From: a virus
Taxonomy: Duplodnaviria > Heunggongvirae > Uroviricota > Caudoviricetes
Length of the DNA stretch: 20,498 bases
Virus record (IMG/VR): IMGVR_UViG_2877280126_000007
Reading direction: 5' to 3' (one strand)
Part shown: one piece after another, positions 18,261 through 20,498 of the stretch
How positions within the stretch are numbered: the stretch's first letter is position 1
How the letters are laid out: the number at the start of each line of letters is the position of its first letter
Made by a program: the position numbers and the translations under genes
The notes under the pieces: generated by a model
Databases searched by the model: none
Told to the model about the DNA's origin: nothing
The model's input: only the letters and a program-made list of their open reading frames with translations

Positions 18261-18416
18261 ATGAAGCAGCAAAAGGCGATGTTAATCGCCCTGATCGTCA
18301 TCTGTTTAACCGTCATAGTGACGGCACTGGTAACGAGGAAAGACCTCTGTGAGGTACGAATCCGAACCGGCCAGACGGAGGTCGCTGTCTTCGTAGACTA
18401 CGAATCCAGGAAGTAA
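18261..18416 (+). CDS. hok: Hok/Gef-family type I toxin (HokD/RelF-like)
   Basis: 51-aa ORF MKQQKAMLIALIVICLTVIVTALVTRKDLCEVRIRTGQTEVAVFVDYESRK with one transmembrane helix. AAGGAG Shine-Dalgarno. An in-frame upstream ORF from ATG 18204 is mok-like. Confidence 0.85.
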   Translation: MKQQKAMLIALIVICLTVIVTALVTRKDLCEVRIRTGQTEVAVFVDYESRK

Positions 18417-18492
18417 GAGTGACCGGGCGGGGAGCTGATCCCATCCCCGCCCACCTCTGATGTGTCAGGCATCCTCAACGCACCCGCACTTA

Positions 18493-18537
18493 ACCCGCCC
18501 ATCGCTGTGATCTCTCAGCGTTTCGGCGGGTTTTTTG
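18493..18537 (+). terminator. Rho-independent terminator at the hok mRNA 3' end
   Basis: CCCGCC (18495-18500) / GGCGGG (18525-18530) with an internal CGCTG/CAGCG stem, followed by TTTTTTG. Preceded by a GC-rich hairpin (18424-18450) that could be the 3' fold-back element. Confidence 0.6.
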
Positions 18538-18665
18538 TTGTTTATTTCCGGTGAATTTGATTCGCGCACCTTCGCAGATAGAATCGACTCACTTAAGTAG
18601 CGCGCAGGGAGAAGAGGGATGGACCCCGAACAGGGGAGAGCTATTTATCTGGAAGGATTCTGAAG

Positions 18666-18953
18666 ATGAAAATCGAAGAATTGCGTGAAATTTTTAGTGA
18701 AAATGGCCTCTATGCTGTGCGCGTTGAGAATGGAGCGATTGTCAGCCATTGCCGCATTAGATGTTTGCAATCTCAACAAAGGAAGAGCGGTGCTGTGTTA
18801 TTTTATTTTTGTAATGGACTTCTGACGGACGGTTTTATTTTGCGTGAGGACGAATTTGTCACATCATTACGGGTTTTGAAAGAGATTGGTTTTAAGGCTG
18901 GTTTTCTGCTTTTGCTGAAGAATAAACTCATCTACAATCTTGAGCAGGATTGA
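18666..18953 (+). CDS. Hypothetical protein
   Basis: 95-aa ORF (MKIEELREIFSENGLYAVRVENGAIVSHCRIRCLQ…) with AGGA Shine-Dalgarno-like context. No recognisable family. Confidence 0.4.
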   Translation: MKIEELREIFSENGLYAVRVENGAIVSHCRIRCLQSQQRKSGAVLFYFCNGLLTDGFILREDEFVTSLRVLKEIGFKAGFLLLLKNKLIYNLEQD

Positions 18954-18991
18954 ACTCCTGCTGTGTAACACCGTGCCACCGGAGAAAGCCG

Positions 18992-19298
18992 ATGGCACAT
19001 ATACAACTGGTCAAACAAACCTCTTCCGGATTACTTCTCCCGGCGACGCCGGAGAGTTGCGATTTTCTGCATCAAATCAAAATAGGTGAGTGGATACACG
19101 CAGACTTTAAGCGTGTGTGTAACTACGCATTCCACAAGCGTTTTTTCAAACTCCTGCAACTGGGTTTCGATTACTGGACTCCGGTCGGTGGGGCGATCAC
19201 GCCTCGCGAACGAAAACTGGTGTCCGGTTTCGTTGATTACCTGTGTGAATCAGTAGGCCGGGAACATACGCCAGCTCTGAGCGAAGCCGCAGAGCAAT
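18992..19298 (+). pseudogene. Hypothetical prophage-type protein, 3'-truncated by IS600
   Basis: Frame starting MAHIQLVKQTSSGLLLPATPESCDFLHQIKIGEWIHADFKRVCNYAFHKRFFKLLQ… runs into the IS600 end at 19299 (…SEAAEQL then IS-derived codons). Confidence 0.45.
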
Positions 19299-19341
19299 TG
19301 AGGTGTACTGGCAATAGCGGACACTACCATTTGTTCTTTTT

Positions 19342-20160
19342 TTAAGCAGCCATCTGATGATATTTTTCCCTGAAGGCTGCCGGGGAGATATTCCCCAGAC
19401 GAGAGTGACGACGCTGACGATTGTAGAAAATCTCAATGTATTCCCGTATTACTGAGATGGCTTCATCCCGGTTATTAAAACGATAGTGGCTCAGGCTCTC
19501 ATTTTTCAGCGTTCCCCAGAAGCTTTCCATCGGAGCGTTGTCGTAACAGTTACCTTTACGCGACATTGATGTTTTCAGACCAGACTGCTCCTGTATGACC
19601 CGGTAATCGTATGCGCAGTACTGTGAACCTCGATCAGAGTGGTGGATTAGCCCGGCAGGTGGGCGCTGGCTCCTGAGCGCCATAAACAGGGCTTTACCTG
19701 TCAGCTCTTTTGTCATGCGCTCTCCCATGGCGTAGCCGACAATTTCGCACGTATAAACATCTTTGATGCCAGCGAGGTACAACCATCCCTCCTGTGTGGC
19801 AACATACGTCAGGTCCGCCACCCAGACCTGATTTGGTGCTGTAGGAGCGAACGTCTGGTTCAGCAGATTTGGCGCAACTGGCAGATTGTGGTTCGAGTTC
19901 GTAGTCGCTCTGAACTTGCGTTTCTGCTTACAGCGTAGCCTTAGCTCCTTACGAAGACGTGCCAGTCGGTCACGACCAACGATGATGCCATTCTCTGCCA
20001 GCTCCGTCTGGAGCCGCCGGGTTCCATATGTTTCGCGAGTGCGGATATGTGCCACCTTAATCTCCAGTTTTAGCCGCTCATCACTTTGTTTTCTGTCTGA
20101 GGGTTCATGCTGTACCCAGTTGTAATAACCGCTCCTGGATACACCAAATACCTGACACAT
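19342..20160 (-). CDS. IS600 OrfB (DDE transposase domain)
   Basis: 272-aa ORF identical to the other copies. Confidence 0.9.
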   Translation of the reverse strand: MCQVFGVSRSGYYNWVQHEPSDRKQSDERLKLEIKVAHIRTRETYGTRRLQTELAENGIIVGRDRLARLRKELRLRCKQKRKFRATTNSNHNLPVAPNLLNQTFAPTAPNQVWVADLTYVATQEGWLYLAGIKDVYTCEIVGYAMGERMTKELTGKALFMALRSQRPPAGLIHHSDRGSQYCAYDYRVIQEQSGLKTSMSRKGNCYDNAPMESFWGTLKNESLSHYRFNNRDEAISVIREYIEIFYNRQRRHSRLGNISPAAFREKYHQMAA

Positions 20161-20195
20161 CGCTTCAATGGGAAATTGTTGTCGCCATTGTTCGA

Positions 20196-20498
20196 TTAAC
20201 GCGTATTTTTCAGCGACTCCTGTGCAAAATACGCTGTTGCTTTTTTTAATATATCTCGCTCAAGGCGAGCTTCATTTAACGCCTTACGCAGTTGCAGAAT
20301 TTCAGATTCCAGTTCAGCCACCGTGCGGGAACCAGGAGTACCGAGCCCTTTTCTGGCGGCGGTAACCCATTGTCCTAAAGTGCCTTCAGGAAGAGATAAT
20401 CGGGAAGCGCCTTCACTGATCGAAAGTTGATTTTCAGGAACCGTTCTGACAGCTTCGGCTTTGAACTCTTTAGAGTAACGTTGGGTTTTTCTGCTCAT
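20196..20498 (-). CDS. IS600 OrfA (start codon at the window edge)
   Basis: 100-aa ORF with one L-to-P difference from the other copies. Confidence 0.85.
   Translation of the reverse strand: MSRKTQRYSKEFKAEAVRTVPENQLSISEGASRLSLPEGTLGQWVTAARKGLGTPGSRTVAELESEILQLRKALNEARLERDILKKATAYFAQESLKNTR

Larger units (their letters stand above)
19299..20498 (-). mobile_element. IS600 (IS3 family) copy, cut by the window edge
   Basis: Right end TGAGGTGTACTGGCAATAGCGG… at 19299; orfB and orfA present; the last ~64 bp of the left end lie beyond 20498. orfA has one substitution (RTVPENQ vs RTVLENQ). Confidence 0.9.

Overview
The window reads as a Shigella-type (E. coli-like) chromosomal segment: a decayed lambdoid prophage late region, all on the minus strand, heavily invaded by insertion sequences, plus a small IS600-bracketed cargo island. 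Prophage genes run from a phage-21-type pinholin (10453) through SAR-endolysin, Rz/Rz1, small and large terminase, portal, MuF-like head morphogenesis protein and a scaffold-like protein to a small structural protein (1190), where IS1 cuts the module off. The ISs are IS1 (407-1174), IS2 (8925-10255, with a perfect 5-bp target duplication inside the holin gene), an IS110-family element (transposase 10690-11886), IS911 (12450-13698) and four IS600 copies (13699-14353 partial, 14354-15617, 15948-17211, 19299-window end). The cargo island (17212-19298) carries a QueH-like (DUF208) gene, a hok/sok-type type I toxin-antitoxin locus and two small hypothetical ORFs. No tRNA, rRNA or CRISPR array was seen. 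The most notable observations are a structured 5' arm of the IS110-family element that may encode a bridge RNA, a portal gene broken only by two in-frame TAG codons, a low-GC DedA-like membrane gene in the 'bor' moron slot, and a promoter/terminator-defined candidate small transcript at 11936-12147. All protein identities come from reading the translations and recalled family signatures, not from database searches, and exact IS boundaries are hand-counted.
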